From contig JAYQLI010000035.1 in assembly GCA_038143065.1 (NCBI GenBank), forward strand, positions 1,760,894 through 1,824,893: DNA of 64,000 nucleotides, read 5' to 3'. This DNA is from Rhodospirillales bacterium. GTDB taxonomy: Bacteria; Pseudomonadota; Alphaproteobacteria; Bin95. The notes below the pieces were generated by a model. The model did no database searches, had not been told where the DNA came from, and saw only the letters and a program-made list of their open reading frames with translations. Shown here piece by piece: positions 42,590 to 54,794 of the stretch. The position numbers and the translations under genes were made by a program. The first letter of the stretch is position 1; each line of letters starts with the position of its first letter.

Positions 42590-43770
42590 AAACCAGCACC
42601 CTGCTCAAGTTATTATAGTCGGGGCAGGTCCAGCCGGTTTAACTGTGGCAGCTCTGCTAGCTGAGGCAGGAGTTTACGCTACTGTTTTGGAAGCAGAATC
42701 AGAACTCCCAACAAACCTTCGTGCATCAACCTTTCATCCACCAACGCTTCAAATGCTCGAGCGTTTTGGTGTGACCGACAAATTGGTTTCTGAAGGATTA
42801 ATTGCTCCAACTTTTCAGTTCCGAGATCGCTTTGTTGGCAAGCTAGCTGAATTTGATTTTGGAGAGCTAAAAGATGTTTGCTCTCGCCCCTATCGCCTCC
42901 AATGTGAGCAATACAAGCTCAACTTTGCTCTTAAAGATTATATTAGCGGGAAGGATTCCGTGGACCTCCGGTTTGGGACCAAAGTTAGAACAGTAGAGCA
43001 AACGCCAGGTGGGGTTTCAGCAACTTTAAGTTCGGGCGAAAAAATCTTTGGTGAATATTTGTTGGGCGCAGATGGTGCTCGTAGTGCTGTGAGACAATCG
43101 CTGAATATCCCGTTTGAAGGTTTTACATGGCCCGAAGCATTTCTTGTGGTTTCAACCCCATTTCCGTTTGAAAAACATATGGATGACCTCTGTTGGGTAA
43201 ATTATTTTGCAGATCCTGAAGAGTGGTTCTTCTTGTTACGTGCTCCTGATTTTTGGCGTGTAATGTTTCCTGTAAACGCAAACGCTAATGAGCGGGAAAT
43301 TTTTGATCCTTCAGCTGTGCAGCGCCGACTACAACGGGTTTTTCAAACTGAGTCTGACTACGAGGTTGCGCACACCACTCTCTACCGTGTCCACCAACGA
43401 GTAGCCAAAAAATATAAAAAGGGTCGGGTTTTTTGGCGGGAGATGCTGCTCATATAAACAATCCTTTAGGGGGATGGGTATGAATGGTGGAATCCATGAC
43501 GCATTCAACCTAGGAGAAAAGTTAGCAGCCGTAATGACAGGAACTGCTAAAACTACTGTCCTCAATGATTACGAGGCTGAACGAAGACCTGTAGCCCTAG
43601 AATATGTGAACAAAATAACAATTAAGAATAAAAAAAATCTTGAGACTAATGATCCACTGGAGCAAAGAGCTTTTCGTAAAATGTTAGAGGAAACAACTGA
43701 GGATCCAGCAAAGCGACACTTGTATCTTCTGCGCGCCTCCATGCTAGCCAGCGTAGGCATTCAAGGATAA
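42579..43770 (+). CDS. FAD-dependent monooxygenase (frameshifts at ~43430-43475)
   Basis: GAGPAG, GADGARS, GDAAH..NP.GG.GMN.G. Confidence 0.85.
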
Positions 43771-43842
43771 ATAATACTCCTAACGGTCAAATGCCGGGCA
43801 AGTCACAGCCGCACCAAAGGCTGAAAGAAAAGGGTTTTTATA

Positions 43843-45189
43843 ATGCCACGAAAGCTTTTCGGAACTGATGGCGTTAGGGGAAGGGCGAATTTAGAGCCCA
43901 TGACAGCCCAAACCGCGCTAAAGCTTGCCATGGCAGCTGCTAAAGTATTTGTTCACCCTGGCAGACAGAATACAGTTGTTATTGGAAAAGATACCAGGCT
44001 TTCAGGGTACATGATGGAGTCCGCTATGTTGGCGGGGTTCACTGCAATGGGAATGGATGTCGTAGCTACCGGCCCCATCCCAACCCCAGCCATTGCGATG
44101 TTAACCCGATCACTGAGAGCAGACCTCGGTGTGGTCTTATCCGCATCTCACAATCCTGCAACTGACACGGGAGTCAAATTTTTTGGCCCTGATGGCTACA
44201 AACTTTCCGACGCGATCGAAGCACAAATTGAGAGCTATATAGAATTAGTTGCAAAAGATCTTGCACCAGCTGAGGAGCTTGGGCGAGCTCGACACCCCGA
44301 GGATCTAACTGGAAGATACGTAGAATACGCTAAAAGTGCTTTTCCGCGTGGCTTAAGGTTAAACGGACTGCGCGTCGTCATCGATTGTGCAAATGGAGCA
44401 GGCTACAAAGCCGCGCCGGCTGCATTTTGGGAATTAGGTGCAGAGGTGGTTACCATTGGCAACAAACCAAACGGTACAAATATCAATGAAAACTGCGGCG
44501 CAACTAATCCGCAAACTTTGATTGACGAGGTTCTTCGCCAACGCGCTGACTTTGGGGTGGCTCTAGATGGCGATGCAGATCGGGTGCAGCTAATAGATGA
44601 AAAAGGCTCCTTGATTGATGGTGATCAGCTGCTCGCCTTGATTTCAGACTCAGCAAAAACCGCTGGCACTCTAAGAGGAGGCGGTGTTGTTGCAACTTTA
44701 ATGTCTAATCTTGGGCTTGAAAGATATTTAAAAGATCAAGGACTACATCTAGCACGCACTCAGATCGGTGATCGATATGTGGTTGAACATATGCGCTCAC
44801 ATGATTTCAATGTTGGCGGAGAACAGTCAGGGCACATAGTGCTTTCTGATTACACAACAACCGGGGATGGTCTGATAGCCGGACTTCAAGCAGCCGCCGC
44901 TATCCAAAAAGCAAATCAACCGGCAAGTGAAGTGCTGCATCGCTTCACCCCAATGCCTCAAATTTTGAAAAACGTACGATACCAAGGTGAAGTGCCCTTA
45001 ATGCTTGCGCATGTAAAAAAAGCGATAAAGGAGGCCGAAACCCAACTTAAGCAAAGTGGGCGTCTCTTAATTAGAAAATCTGGAACAGAACCACTGATCC
45101 GGGTTATGGCAGAGGGAGAAGACTTGGAATTAATTAAAACTGTTGTTGAAGAACTCGTCAGCATAATTGAACGGACCCAGCAGGCATGA
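43843..45189 (+). CDS. glmM: Phosphoglucosamine mutase
   Basis: [27 protein letters not shown]. Confidence 0.97.
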   Translation: MPRKLFGTDGVRGRANLEPMTAQTALKLAMAAAKVFVHPGRQNTVVIGKDTRLSGYMMESAMLAGFTAMGMDVVATGPIPTPAIAMLTRSLRADLGVVLSASHNPATDTGVKFFGPDGYKLSDAIEAQIESYIELVAKDLAPAEELGRARHPEDLTGRYVEYAKSAFPRGLRLNGLRVVIDCANGAGYKAAPAAFWELGAEVVTIGNKPNGTNINENCGATNPQTLIDEVLRQRADFGVALDGDADRVQLIDEKGSLIDGDQLLALISDSAKTAGTLRGGGVVATLMSNLGLERYLKDQGLHLARTQIGDRYVVEHMRSHDFNVGGEQSGHIVLSDYTTTGDGLIAGLQAAAAIQKANQPASEVLHRFTPMPQILKNVRYQGEVPLMLAHVKKAIKEAETQLKQSGRLLIRKSGTEPLIRVMAEGEDLELIKTVVEELVSIIERTQQA

Positions 45190-45992
45190 AAGGACGAGTA
45201 CTCATAATAGCGGGTTCTGATTCTGGTGGTGGCGCAGGAATTCAGGCTGATATAAAGACCGTTAGTGCGTTAGGCGGTTATGCCATGACTGCAATAACAG
45301 CACTCACTGCACAGAATACTGAGGGCGTCTTTGGGGTTCATGCACCTCCACCAAAATTCGTCGCAGATCAAATACAAGTCGTCCTTGAGGATATCGGTGC
45401 AGACTGCATAAAAATCGGTATGTTGCACAATGTTGGCGTCATCGAAACGGTTGCCAGTGCTTTGAACGATTATGCGGCAGGAGTACCTATCGTTTTAGAT
45501 CCTGTCATGGTTGCCAAAGGAGGAGCTGCTTTACTCGAAAATGACGCCGTAGAGACCTACAAATCTTTACTGCCAAAAATGGCAACAATATTGACACCAA
45601 ACCTCCCAGAAGCGAGCGTGCTCACTGGACTTGAAATTCATTCGACTGCCGATCAGGAGAATGCCGTGGAAGCCCTGCGCAAACTTGGTGCTACAGCGGT
45701 CCTTTTGAAGGGCGGCCATCTTGAAGGTAATTCTGTCAGAGATCTCCTGATTGAAAAGAATTCCGTGACTGTATTTGAAAATGATCGCATTCAGTCCCGG
45801 CATACACATGGAACGGGTTGTACTCTAGCATCAGCCATCGCCTCAGGAATCGCTGATGGAATGGAGATTTCCTCTGCTGTTTCCAGAGCAATTGCCTATG
45901 TGCAAAAGGCTATCCAATTAGCGCCAGGTTTGGGCAAGGGGCATGGGCCTTTGAATCATGGCCATACCGTGAACTCTTTTGGCAATTCATGA
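45186..45992 (+). CDS. thiD: Hydroxymethylpyrimidine/phosphomethylpyrimidine kinase
   Basis: [21 protein letters not shown]. Confidence 0.96.
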   Translation: MKGRVLIIAGSDSGGGAGIQADIKTVSALGGYAMTAITALTAQNTEGVFGVHAPPPKFVADQIQVVLEDIGADCIKIGMLHNVGVIETVASALNDYAAGVPIVLDPVMVAKGGAALLENDAVETYKSLLPKMATILTPNLPEASVLTGLEIHSTADQENAVEALRKLGATAVLLKGGHLEGNSVRDLLIEKNSVTVFENDRIQSRHTHGTGCTLASAIASGIADGMEISSAVSRAIAYVQKAIQLAPGLGKGHGPLNHGHTVNSFGNS

Positions 45993-46210
45993 TGATTTTT
46001 AGATCGGTTGACTGTTTATCTATCGAGCCGGGAAATATCCCAAATCTTCCTGGATAGCACCTTCTTGCTAGGAGGCTTCTCTTTCAACGTGAAATAAATA
46101 AGCTTCAGTAGTATTGGTAAACAATCCAAACCCTTGATTGCAAAGGCCTATTGAAGATAGACCAAGTCAAGACAACGCAAGATTTTCTCAGTCTCAGGAG
46201 TAATTATTCA

Positions 46211-47065
46211 ATGCAAGTTGCCAAAATACTGCTCTTTGTTGTCCTTGGTGGTCTTCTTGGCTTCTTGGCAAGTCAATACACTGGCAGAGATACAACTAGA
46301 GCAGATCAGCAGGAGAATAATGTTGCAGGATCTGAGTTACAACTTTCTGATATAGGGATTGATAGCAAAAGCTCATTGGAGAACTTAATTTCTTCAGGCG
46401 TTTCTAAGTTCCTTGAAGAGAAGCCTGAAGCTGTTGTAGCGGCCTTGGAAAAATTTCAAGAAAACCAAGCAAAAATCGCAGAAGAAGACCGTGCCAAATT
46501 ACTACGAAGCCTAAACGATCCATTGTTTAGCCAACCAACCGACCCCTCCATAGGGGCTACAGCGTCTGAAGCAGATATATCAATTGTTGAATTTTTTGAT
46601 TATCGCTGCGGATATTGTCGGCGTGCTCATTCCAGCATCGTGGAACTAATTAAAACCGACAGTAAAATCAGAGTGGTAATGAAGGAATTTCCAATTCTAG
46701 GACCAGACTCTGTGTCCGCTGCAATAATTTCTCTATCTGCCAACATGATAAACCCAGAGAAATATGCAGATTTACATGAACGTCTCATTCAGCATCAAGG
46801 CCCGTATGATGAGGCCACACTGCTAGCCCTGGCTGCAGATGTTGGATACGACCCTGCAGGCATTCAGGCTGCTATGTCAAATAAAGCCCTCACTGCTCAA
46901 ATTGAAAACGCGCGGCAGATCGCCGAAGCACTCAACATCCGTGGGACACCAGCGTTTATCATAGGAGATAAAATTATTCCTGGTGCCGTTCCACTTCAAC
47001 AGCTCCGAGCAGCCATTGAAGAGGCAAGAACCCGCGCAGAAAAAAGCTGGTTAATTAAAGATTAG
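46211..47065 (+). CDS. DsbA family thiol-disulfide oxidoreductase (Com1/ScsC-like)
   Basis: EFFDYRCGYC, KEFPIL, GTPAF. Confidence 0.9.
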   Translation: MQVAKILLFVVLGGLLGFLASQYTGRDTTRADQQENNVAGSELQLSDIGIDSKSSLENLISSGVSKFLEEKPEAVVAALEKFQENQAKIAEEDRAKLLRSLNDPLFSQPTDPSIGATASEADISIVEFFDYRCGYCRRAHSSIVELIKTDSKIRVVMKEFPILGPDSVSAAIISLSANMINPEKYADLHERLIQHQGPYDEATLLALAADVGYDPAGIQAAMSNKALTAQIENARQIAEALNIRGTPAFIIGDKIIPGAVPLQQLRAAIEEARTRAEKSWLIKD

Positions 47066-47784
47066 GTGGCGTTAGCACGCCCGATAGTTACACCACCGCA
47101 AATGAATAAAACTTGGCCCGTAACAAAGCTAGATCGGTCATCCATAAGAAAGGCAACACCATTGGCAATGTCGTCAGGTGTTCCAAAACGCTGAACAGGA
47201 ATACGCTGCCTATAAGCCTCCCACGCTGGGGAACCTTCACCGTAAACCTCTTTGAGCATATCTGTCTCAATGGGTCCGGGGCCAATAGCATTTGAGGTGA
47301 TGCCGTAGGATCCTAATTCCTCAGCCCAGGTTTTCGTGATACCCACGACGGCTGCTTTAGTGGCAGAATATACAGTCTGTGTAGCGGCACCCAGAGCTGA
47401 ACGGCTTGCAATATTAATAATTCGACCAAATCCCGCAGATTTCATGCCTGGCACAAGCGCACTTGTGATCTCTATATAGGAACGCACATTTACCGACATT
47501 AATTTGTCGAAGGTTGCCGCATCCGCATCTTCCACATTATGAGTTGCTACAAGCCCTGCGCAGTTAACAACCCGTGTGATTTCTCTCCCATCTAGCGCCC
47601 ATGCCATTGCCTGAGATACAGCAGCGGAGTTGGAGAGATCAACCTTACGAAATTCACCTATAGAAGGGTCTTCTGGATCAACGATATCCAACATAAGAAT
47701 ATCGTAACCATCATTTTTTAACCGCGAGGAAATTGCTTTCCCTATATTCCTCGAGGCTCCGGTTACTAAAACATATTTACTCAT
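47062..47784 (-). CDS. Short-chain dehydrogenase/reductase
   Basis: TGASRNIG, YSATK. Confidence 0.88.
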   Translation of the reverse strand: MSKYVLVTGASRNIGKAISSRLKNDGYDILMLDIVDPEDPSIGEFRKVDLSNSAAVSQAMAWALDGREITRVVNCAGLVATHNVEDADAATFDKLMSVNVRSYIEITSALVPGMKSAGFGRIINIASRSALGAATQTVYSATKAAVVGITKTWAEELGSYGITSNAIGPGPIETDMLKEVYGEGSPAWEAYRQRIPVQRFGTPDDIANGVAFLMDDRSSFVTGQVLFICGGVTIGRANAT

Positions 47785-47801
47785 AATCTACCCCTAGCCA
47801 A

Positions 47802-49897
47802 CTAGTGTATGTGCTTCTCGAAAAGACACTTTTTTGTCGGCAAGTCGGCGCAATAGATCAGAAGGTGCCCACCGATCACCATATGCCTGGTGCCAAGCCG
47901 CAATCTGGTTGTAGCCTGCAGAACACCTATGTCGTCAGCCCAATACATCAATCCTCCACGGTAGCGTGGAAAGCCAAATCCATAGAGCCACATAATGTCG
48001 ACATCTGAGGCTCTATAGGAAATTTTTTCCTCTAAAATTTTGCATGCCTCATTCACTGAAGAAAAAAGTAAACGCTTCAATATTTCTTCATCCGTGAAAC
48101 TACGAGGCGTATTACCCATATCCTTTGACATTGAATTGATGAGATCTGTGACTATTGGATCGGGGTGAGGCGTACGATCACCTTTTTCATACTTAAACCA
48201 GCCCGCACCAGTCTTCTGACCTAGTCGCCCCATCTCCACTAACTTATCGGCGATTGGCAGCGTTCGATAATTTGGATCAGCTTCCGCGCGTCTCTTACGA
48301 CCTGCATACCCAATGTCCAGTCCAGCCAAATCACCAACAGCAAAAGGGCCCATTGGATAGCCAAATTCAACCATGACTTTATCGACTTGTTCAGGGAGAC
48401 ACCCCTCCTCCAACATAATCACCATTTCTGAATTAAAGGGTGTACGGCTTCGATTAGCCAAGAAGCCATCGCAGTTTCCGCAAGCTGCTGGAGCTTTGGA
48501 TATTAATTTACCCAATGCCATTGTAGATGCAGTAACTTCAGGAATTGTCTTGGCTCCTTTTACAACCTCCAAGAGCTTCATAACGTTGGCAGGACTAAAG
48601 AAATGCGCGCCACCAATCTTCTCTGGACGAGATGTAGATTCTGCAATCTGATCTATGTCTAAGGCCGACGTATTTGTTAGAAGAAGAGCATCTGGCTTCA
48701 TAACGCGGTCAATTTCTTTGAAGACCTGCTGCTTTACCCCCATCTCCTCAAACACCGCCTCAATTACTACGTCCGCCTCGGCAATCTGCTCATAAGCAGT
48801 TGCTTTAGAAATCAAAGCGACTCTCTTCTCCATTTCAGCCGCTTCAAGGGACCCACGTTTCACACTAACTTCATAGTTATTGCGAATGCGCTCAAATCCT
48901 TTTTCAAGTGCTTCTTCAGAAATTTCCAACACTTGTACTGGGATCCCAGCATCAGCGAAGCACATCGCGATGCCTCCCCCCATAGTGCCGGCCCCCACAA
49001 CAGCAGCAGTTTTGATTGTCTTAACCGGGGTTCCCTTGGGGACGTCGGGCAACTTTTGTGCCTCTCGCTCAGCAAAGAAGGCGTATCGAAGCGCTTTTGA
49101 CTCGTTAGAATTAACAAGCTCCTCAAAAAGCTCCCGTTCTCGCTTTAATCCATCATCAAACTGCATTTCAACGGCAGCTTGAACCGCCTTGATATTGTTA
49201 TACGGCGCTATCTGATTACGTGCGCGGCGGGATATTTCTTTTTCTTTGCCTCGAATATATCTTCGCCTTCAGGCAACTCTGCCACAATATCTCTAATGAG
49301 CCTTAAAGGCCTTTTATCAGATATCTCGTTCGCGAATTTTATTGCTTCAAATTTTAGGTCAGAATCAGATGGGACAACCCTGTCCAAGATACCAAGCTCA
49401 GCTGCCTCCGGAGCTGGGACATGGCGACCTGATACAATTAGATCAAGCGCTGCTTTCGGACCAATCAGTCTTGGGAGCCGCTGCGTTCCGCCACCGCCAG
49501 GCAAAAGTCCAATGAGTACTTCTGGCAAGCCAACCTTCGCTGATGCAACTGCAATTCGATAATGACATGCAAGTGCATTTTCCAAACCGCCTCCCAGAGC
49601 ATATCCATGGATTGCAGCTACGATTGGCTTGGATGATTGCTCATAGGCATCATAAGGCTTACGAGCTAAAGGCGGTCGTCCCTTCCCAAACTGCCTGATG
49701 TCAGCGCCTGCAATAAAACTTCTACCTGCTCCAATTACCACCATTGCTTTGATAGCTGGATCAGCCGCTCCGGCATCGATGTGTTTTACAATTCCTTCAG
49801 GAACTCCAGGAGATAAAGCGTTCACAGGTGGATTGTCGACAATAACAACACCTATATCTCCGTGCCTCTCGAAGTAGACGAGATTTTGCTCGGTCAT
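47802..49897 (-). CDS. Enoyl-CoA hydratase/3-hydroxyacyl-CoA dehydrogenase (PimF/FadB-like; frameshifted)
   Basis: AGADI, GGGLE, PEV; GAGTMG, TNTS, HFFSPAN. Confidence 0.9.
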
Positions 49898-49924
49898 AAT
49901 TTCATCCCTAGATTTTATAATGCT

Positions 49925-51181
49925 TTATCCAACTTGGTTGCGCGGAACATCGCGGAAGGGTCGATCAGTATCCGTCCTGTTTTCTTTTGGCATTTTTAAA
50001 ATGCGTTCCGAAATAATGTTTCGCTGAATTTCGTCTGTCCCACCTGCAATAGAGATAGCTGGGGTTGAAACTAAAATTTCTGCAACGACACCGCCGGCTT
50101 CATCCTCATCACCTGTAAGCATAGCATTTGGCCCAGCTATCTTTGTGTGAGTTAAATTCGCTGAGCGGGCTACTATTGAAGCTGCTAGCTTACCTATAGA
50201 GCCCTCAGGCCCTTGCGGTTTTCCCGCTTGAGACGCGGCCCGAGCTCTCCTAGCGGTCCATTCAGCAGACTTAGCAATAGTAAGAGTTTTTGCAATATCC
50301 TGACGAATATCTGGATCATCCCAGACACCCATCGCTTTGGCTCGCTCAACTAAAAGATCAACCCGGCCCGTGCGCTGAGGATACCAAGTATAAGGAGCCA
50401 TAACAGTAGCAATTTCTTGCCGCTCTTCCTCGTAAATGCGCTCTGGTCGATCCGTACCACTCTCATAACGACGGGCAGAGTCCGCACCACGGCGTTCATG
50501 CATCAGGGTTGTGGTTGCTATTTTCCAGCCTTCACCGAGCTCACCTACCTGCATATTGGCCTCAACAACAGCATCAGTAATGAAAACCTGGTTGAATGAA
50601 GCATGGCCATTCATTTGCCTGAGCTGGTGAACCTGCACCCCCGGTTGGTGCATATCGAGAATAAAGTAACTTAGCCCTTTGTGCTTGACGGCATCCCAAT
50701 CCGTCCTAGCCAAAAGCAGCGCATAGTCAGCGTGGTGTGCACTTGTTGTCCACACCTTCTGTCCATTGATAATCCACTTTCCATCCTTAAAGTCAGCTCG
50801 AGTTGCTGCGCCTGCCAGGTCAGAACCTGATCCTGGTTCGGAAAAAAGCTGACACCAAGTTTCCGTCCCTGTCATAATTCCTTTCAGATATTTTTCTTTC
50901 TGAAGGTCTGTTCCGTGCTCGAGGATCGTCGCTGCTGCGAGCACACGGATTCCCATTTTTGCTGCACCTACTGCGCCAAATTTATTGAACTCCTCATCAA
51001 CGATTGCTGTCATGCCAAGTGGCAAGCCTCTACCCAGCCAATCCTTAGGCCAATGAGGCATACCCCACCCAGATTCTGCGAGCATCTCACGCCATTCCGA
51101 AAGCCCCCGGTTTGGGTCCCAATTGGCTTCTAGGTATTCTCGAACCTGGCTGCGCAGCTCATTTTCAGTAATTTCAGTCAT
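49925..51181 (-). CDS. Acyl-CoA dehydrogenase, catalytic-type subunit
   Basis: WCQLFSEPGSGSDLA, GQKVWT, GGTDEIQRN. Confidence 0.9.
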   Translation of the reverse strand: MTEITENELRSQVREYLEANWDPNRGLSEWREMLAESGWGMPHWPKDWLGRGLPLGMTAIVDEEFNKFGAVGAAKMGIRVLAAATILEHGTDLQKEKYLKGIMTGTETWCQLFSEPGSGSDLAGAATRADFKDGKWIINGQKVWTTSAHHADYALLLARTDWDAVKHKGLSYFILDMHQPGVQVHQLRQMNGHASFNQVFITDAVVEANMQVGELGEGWKIATTTLMHERRGADSARRYESGTDRPERIYEEERQEIATVMAPYTWYPQRTGRVDLLVERAKAMGVWDDPDIRQDIAKTLTIAKSAEWTARRARAASQAGKPQGPEGSIGKLAASIVARSANLTHTKIAGPNAMLTGDEDEAGGVVAEILVSTPAISIAGGTDEIQRNIISERILKMPKENRTDTDRPFRDVPRNQVG

Positions 51182-52299
51182 GAATTGTCACCCCAGTTTT
51201 GCAACATACGCTCTCGGTTTTGGTTGGCATCACCCAGAAACACTTCGCTGGCTTTAGCTCGCTTAAACCAAAGATGGGTATCATTGTCGTAGGTAAAGCC
51301 TATTCCACCGTGCATCTGGACAGCGTGAACTGCTGTCTGGATGTATGCATCAGATGCACCCGCCTTGGCCAAAGCTACAACCCCACGCGCGTCTGTGTCG
51401 CCATCATCTATCGCAGCGGCAGCGTAATACGCAGCAGACTTTGCAAGCTCCACATCCAAAAGCATATCAGCCGCTTTATGCTTTGTGACTTGGAAGGAAG
51501 CGATTGACCGCCCAAATTGCATTCTCATTGAAACGTATTCCAGTGCGTCCTCTCGAAGACGCTCTGCACCACCGACCATCTCACTTGCAAGACAAGCTAA
51601 AGCAATATCAAGGGTGCGTTCGTAGGCTTCATTACTGTTGTCGGCTGTTAGTAACACCGCTGGTGTTTTAGCGAAGGAAACAGTGGAGAGTTTCCGTGTT
51701 GGGTCCATTGAATTCTGAGGCTTCCGCGAGACAGTATTGTCACTTGCATCGACAATAAACATACCAAGCGCACCATCTGGCTTCCTTGCCACAACAACTA
51801 ATAAAGAAGCGGTCATGCCATCAACAACATGACTCTTAGTGCCGGTTAGTTGATAAGCATCTCCGCTCTTTTCAGCAGACATCGAGATTGAGTCTGCAGC
51901 CCAACCCCCGCGGCCTTCTACGGCGCAGAGCGCCCCTATAGTTTCACCCGACGCAAATCCGGGTAGGAAATGTCGCTTTTGATCATCTGAGCCGGCTTCG
52001 CGTATTGCTGTAGCGGCGAGAACCACAGACCCGAAATAAGGTGAACAAAGTAAAGCGCGCCCCATTTCTTCGCATGCGATTGCCAAATCCGCTATGCCAA
52101 AACCGGCACCCCCACATTCTTCAGGAATGTGAAGGGAAGCGAGCGCTAATTCTTCGCACATCTGTCGCCATAAGCCAGGATCATAGCCTTGGTCCGTTTG
52201 CATCTGCTTGCGAACTTCTGTGGTTGGTGATTTCGCCTGCAAAAAGCGTCTTAGCGCAGTTCGGAACTCATCTTGTTCCTCTGAAAAACTAAATTTCAT
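51178..52299 (-). CDS. Acyl-CoA dehydrogenase, partner-type subunit
   Basis: RMQFGRSIASFQ, QMHGGIGFT; lacks the SEP and catalytic Glu motifs. Confidence 0.88.
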   Translation of the reverse strand: MKFSFSEEQDEFRTALRRFLQAKSPTTEVRKQMQTDQGYDPGLWRQMCEELALASLHIPEECGGAGFGIADLAIACEEMGRALLCSPYFGSVVLAATAIREAGSDDQKRHFLPGFASGETIGALCAVEGRGGWAADSISMSAEKSGDAYQLTGTKSHVVDGMTASLLVVVARKPDGALGMFIVDASDNTVSRKPQNSMDPTRKLSTVSFAKTPAVLLTADNSNEAYERTLDIALACLASEMVGGAERLREDALEYVSMRMQFGRSIASFQVTKHKAADMLLDVELAKSAAYYAAAAIDDGDTDARGVVALAKAGASDAYIQTAVHAVQMHGGIGFTYDNDTHLWFKRAKASEVFLGDANQNRERMLQNWGDNS

Positions 52300-52569
52300 T
52301 CGATAACACGTCCTGATGAGAGGGATTCTTCTTCAGAAGACCACTAATCAGAAGCTGCAAGAAAGTGAGCACTTATGCAAGGATTAGCAGGTGGAATTTC
52401 TTTTTTGCCCTTAAAAAGCAAAAGGGTAAAAAGTGCTCCATGCACATCATCACTCGATCCGATTGAAATATTCTTTATTAAAATTAGCTCCCACTCTGGT
52501 CAGAAAGTTGACCAAATCGTTCCAGAGCCTGACACTGGTAGTCGATTTAAAAATTATCAGGAAGTTCTC

Positions 52570-53490
52570 ATGGCCATGTTGGATGGAAAAGTAGCAATCT
52601 GCACCGGTTCCGGCCGGGGAGTGGGCGCAGAAGTCGCTAAATTGATGGCGGCAAATGGAGCTAAGGTTCTAATTAATGACCCTGGCGTTGGAGGTGGGGG
52701 CGAAGGCGGGGACACAGCCCCTGCACAATCAATTGTCGATCAAATCAAAGCGGCTGGCGGCGAAGCTGTTGCCAACTTTGGCTCCGTGACCACTTTTGAG
52801 GACTGCCTGGGAATGGTCGAACAAGCAAGAGACGAACTGGGGGGATGTCATGTAGTTTTCAACCCGGCAGGAATTCTACGCGATCGAATGTTCCATAAGA
52901 TGTCGCCAGAAGATTGGACTGATGTGATCAACGTCCACCTTAATGGCCACTTCAATATCAACCGTGCCGCAATTAACTTGTTCAGAGAACAAGAGTACGG
53001 GCGCATGATTATGGTCTCCTCGACGTCTGGCGTTCTTGGAAATGTGGGACAAGCAAATTATGGTTCCGCCAAGATGGGGATAGTGGCTTTGACACGCATT
53101 GTCGCTATGGAAAATGCCAACAAAGGAATTACTTCTAACGCTATATTGCCATCAGCCGATACTAGAATGACCCGCTCTGTTCCAACACCAAAAGATCCCG
53201 ATGCCGCAAAAATCCGTGAGGAGCGCCTTCGTTTAAGCCCTGCTGATGCGATTGCACCTCTTTGTGTTTTTCTTGCCTCTGAAGAAGCGTCATATGTCAA
53301 TGGTCAAGTTTTCCATCAACGTGGGGCTGAGCTGACTCTATATGGCGCTATGAGGCCTGTGAGAATGGTGCATCGGAATCATGGATGGACTCCCGAATCT
53401 ATCGCTGAAAATGGAATGCCCGCTTTAAAGACAGGTTTTGTTAATATGGGTGACAGCAGAGCGATGCACCCCGGGCTACCTCTTGAATAG
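52570..53490 (+). CDS. SDR oxidoreductase (MFE-2/3-hydroxyacyl-CoA dehydrogenase-like)
   Basis: TGSGRGVG, AGILRD, GQANYGSAK. Confidence 0.88.
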   Translation: MAMLDGKVAICTGSGRGVGAEVAKLMAANGAKVLINDPGVGGGGEGGDTAPAQSIVDQIKAAGGEAVANFGSVTTFEDCLGMVEQARDELGGCHVVFNPAGILRDRMFHKMSPEDWTDVINVHLNGHFNINRAAINLFREQEYGRMIMVSSTSGVLGNVGQANYGSAKMGIVALTRIVAMENANKGITSNAILPSADTRMTRSVPTPKDPDAAKIREERLRLSPADAIAPLCVFLASEEASYVNGQVFHQRGAELTLYGAMRPVRMVHRNHGWTPESIAENGMPALKTGFVNMGDSRAMHPGLPLE

Positions 53491-53502
53491 GAATCTTTAT
53501 AA

Positions 53503-54666
53503 ATGACTGTGTTCGCAGAAGAAGAACGGATGTTACTGGATCTTGTCGACAAATTTGTTGACAACGAACTGATGCCTTTGGAGAAGGCCGTGATGGCTCG
53601 CGAAGCTCAAGGAGGCGAGGTTGCACTTTTGCCAGAGGAGGCAGAGCCACTACTCGCTAAATGCAAAGAGCTTGGCCTTTGGGCTTTGGACGCCCCTGAG
53701 GAAGTTGGTGGATCAAATATCCGCACCTCTGTGATGCTTGCTATACAAGAAAAGCTGAAAAGTACTGTTACGCCTTTCATATTTCCACCAGACAGCCCAA
53801 ATCTCCACATGCTGATGGCTGTGGGTTCACCTCAACAGAAAAAGCAATACATGGAGCCGTATGCTCAGGGGAAACTGAAGTCCAATATTGCAATCTCTGA
53901 ACCCGGTGCTGGGGGTGATCCTGCACACATGAAAACTCGAGCCATCAAAGACGGCGATGACTGGATTATAAACGGTCGAAAAATTTGGGTCTCAGGAGTA
54001 TCAAGAGCCGATTTTTTAATAGTGATGGCCTCAACCGATCCTTCAAAAGGCGCTCGGGGAGGTATAACCGCGTTTATAATGGACACTGATACGCCAGGTT
54101 TCTCTATTGAAAGAGAAATTCCCATGCTTGCTGGTGCTAGAACATACGAACTCGTGTTTGACGATGTTCGATTGCCAGACTCCGCAATTCTCGGCGAGGT
54201 TGGCAGTGGGTTTGCCCCGATGCAGAAACGCCTAAATGTTCGACGTCTTGAAATGGGCGCGATGGGGGTAGGCATGGCAGAGCGTGCTCTGAAAATGATG
54301 TGTGAGCACGTTCAGCAGCGTGAGACTTTTGGGCAAAAGCTTTCAGACCGACAGGCCATTCAGTGGTGGATTGCTGATGCAGCCACTAAAATACATGCTA
54401 CTCGCCTAATGGTTATGGATGCAGCAGCCAAGCAGGAAGCTGGTAAGGATGTTCGTACAGAAGCTTCGATGATTAAGATCTACGCTACTGAGATGGCTAC
54501 CGAAGTGGTAGATAATGCCATGCAAAGCTTTGGAGCCATGGGTATGACCCGTGAACTTCCATTTGCCATTATGTCTCAAAGGCTACGTCTATCTCGGATT
54601 TACGAAGGGCCAACCGAGGTGCACAGGATGGCCATTGCTCGGCGAATGTTAAAAAAATACCAGTGA
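53503..54666 (+). CDS. Acyl-CoA dehydrogenase
   Basis: SEPGAGGD, RETFG, IYEGPTEV. Confidence 0.9.
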   Translation: MTVFAEEERMLLDLVDKFVDNELMPLEKAVMAREAQGGEVALLPEEAEPLLAKCKELGLWALDAPEEVGGSNIRTSVMLAIQEKLKSTVTPFIFPPDSPNLHMLMAVGSPQQKKQYMEPYAQGKLKSNIAISEPGAGGDPAHMKTRAIKDGDDWIINGRKIWVSGVSRADFLIVMASTDPSKGARGGITAFIMDTDTPGFSIEREIPMLAGARTYELVFDDVRLPDSAILGEVGSGFAPMQKRLNVRRLEMGAMGVGMAERALKMMCEHVQQRETFGQKLSDRQAIQWWIADAATKIHATRLMVMDAAAKQEAGKDVRTEASMIKIYATEMATEVVDNAMQSFGAMGMTRELPFAIMSQRLRLSRIYEGPTEVHRMAIARRMLKKYQ

Positions 54667-54720
54667 CGATCGAGCTAATTCAGTAGACAGCAAGAATTGG
54701 TAGCTTTCTGATCTGGATGT

Positions 54721-54769
54721 AGTGAGAGCACAGGCGCTCTGCAAGCTTGCAGGCGCGCCCGCTCCCACT
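54721..54769. terminator. Long hairpin between convergent genes
   Basis: Outer stem AGTGAGAGC...GCTCCCACT with central palindrome CTGCAAGCTTGCAG. Confidence 0.5.
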
Positions 54770-54794
54770 CTTTGAGTGTTTCAAATTCCGAAGA

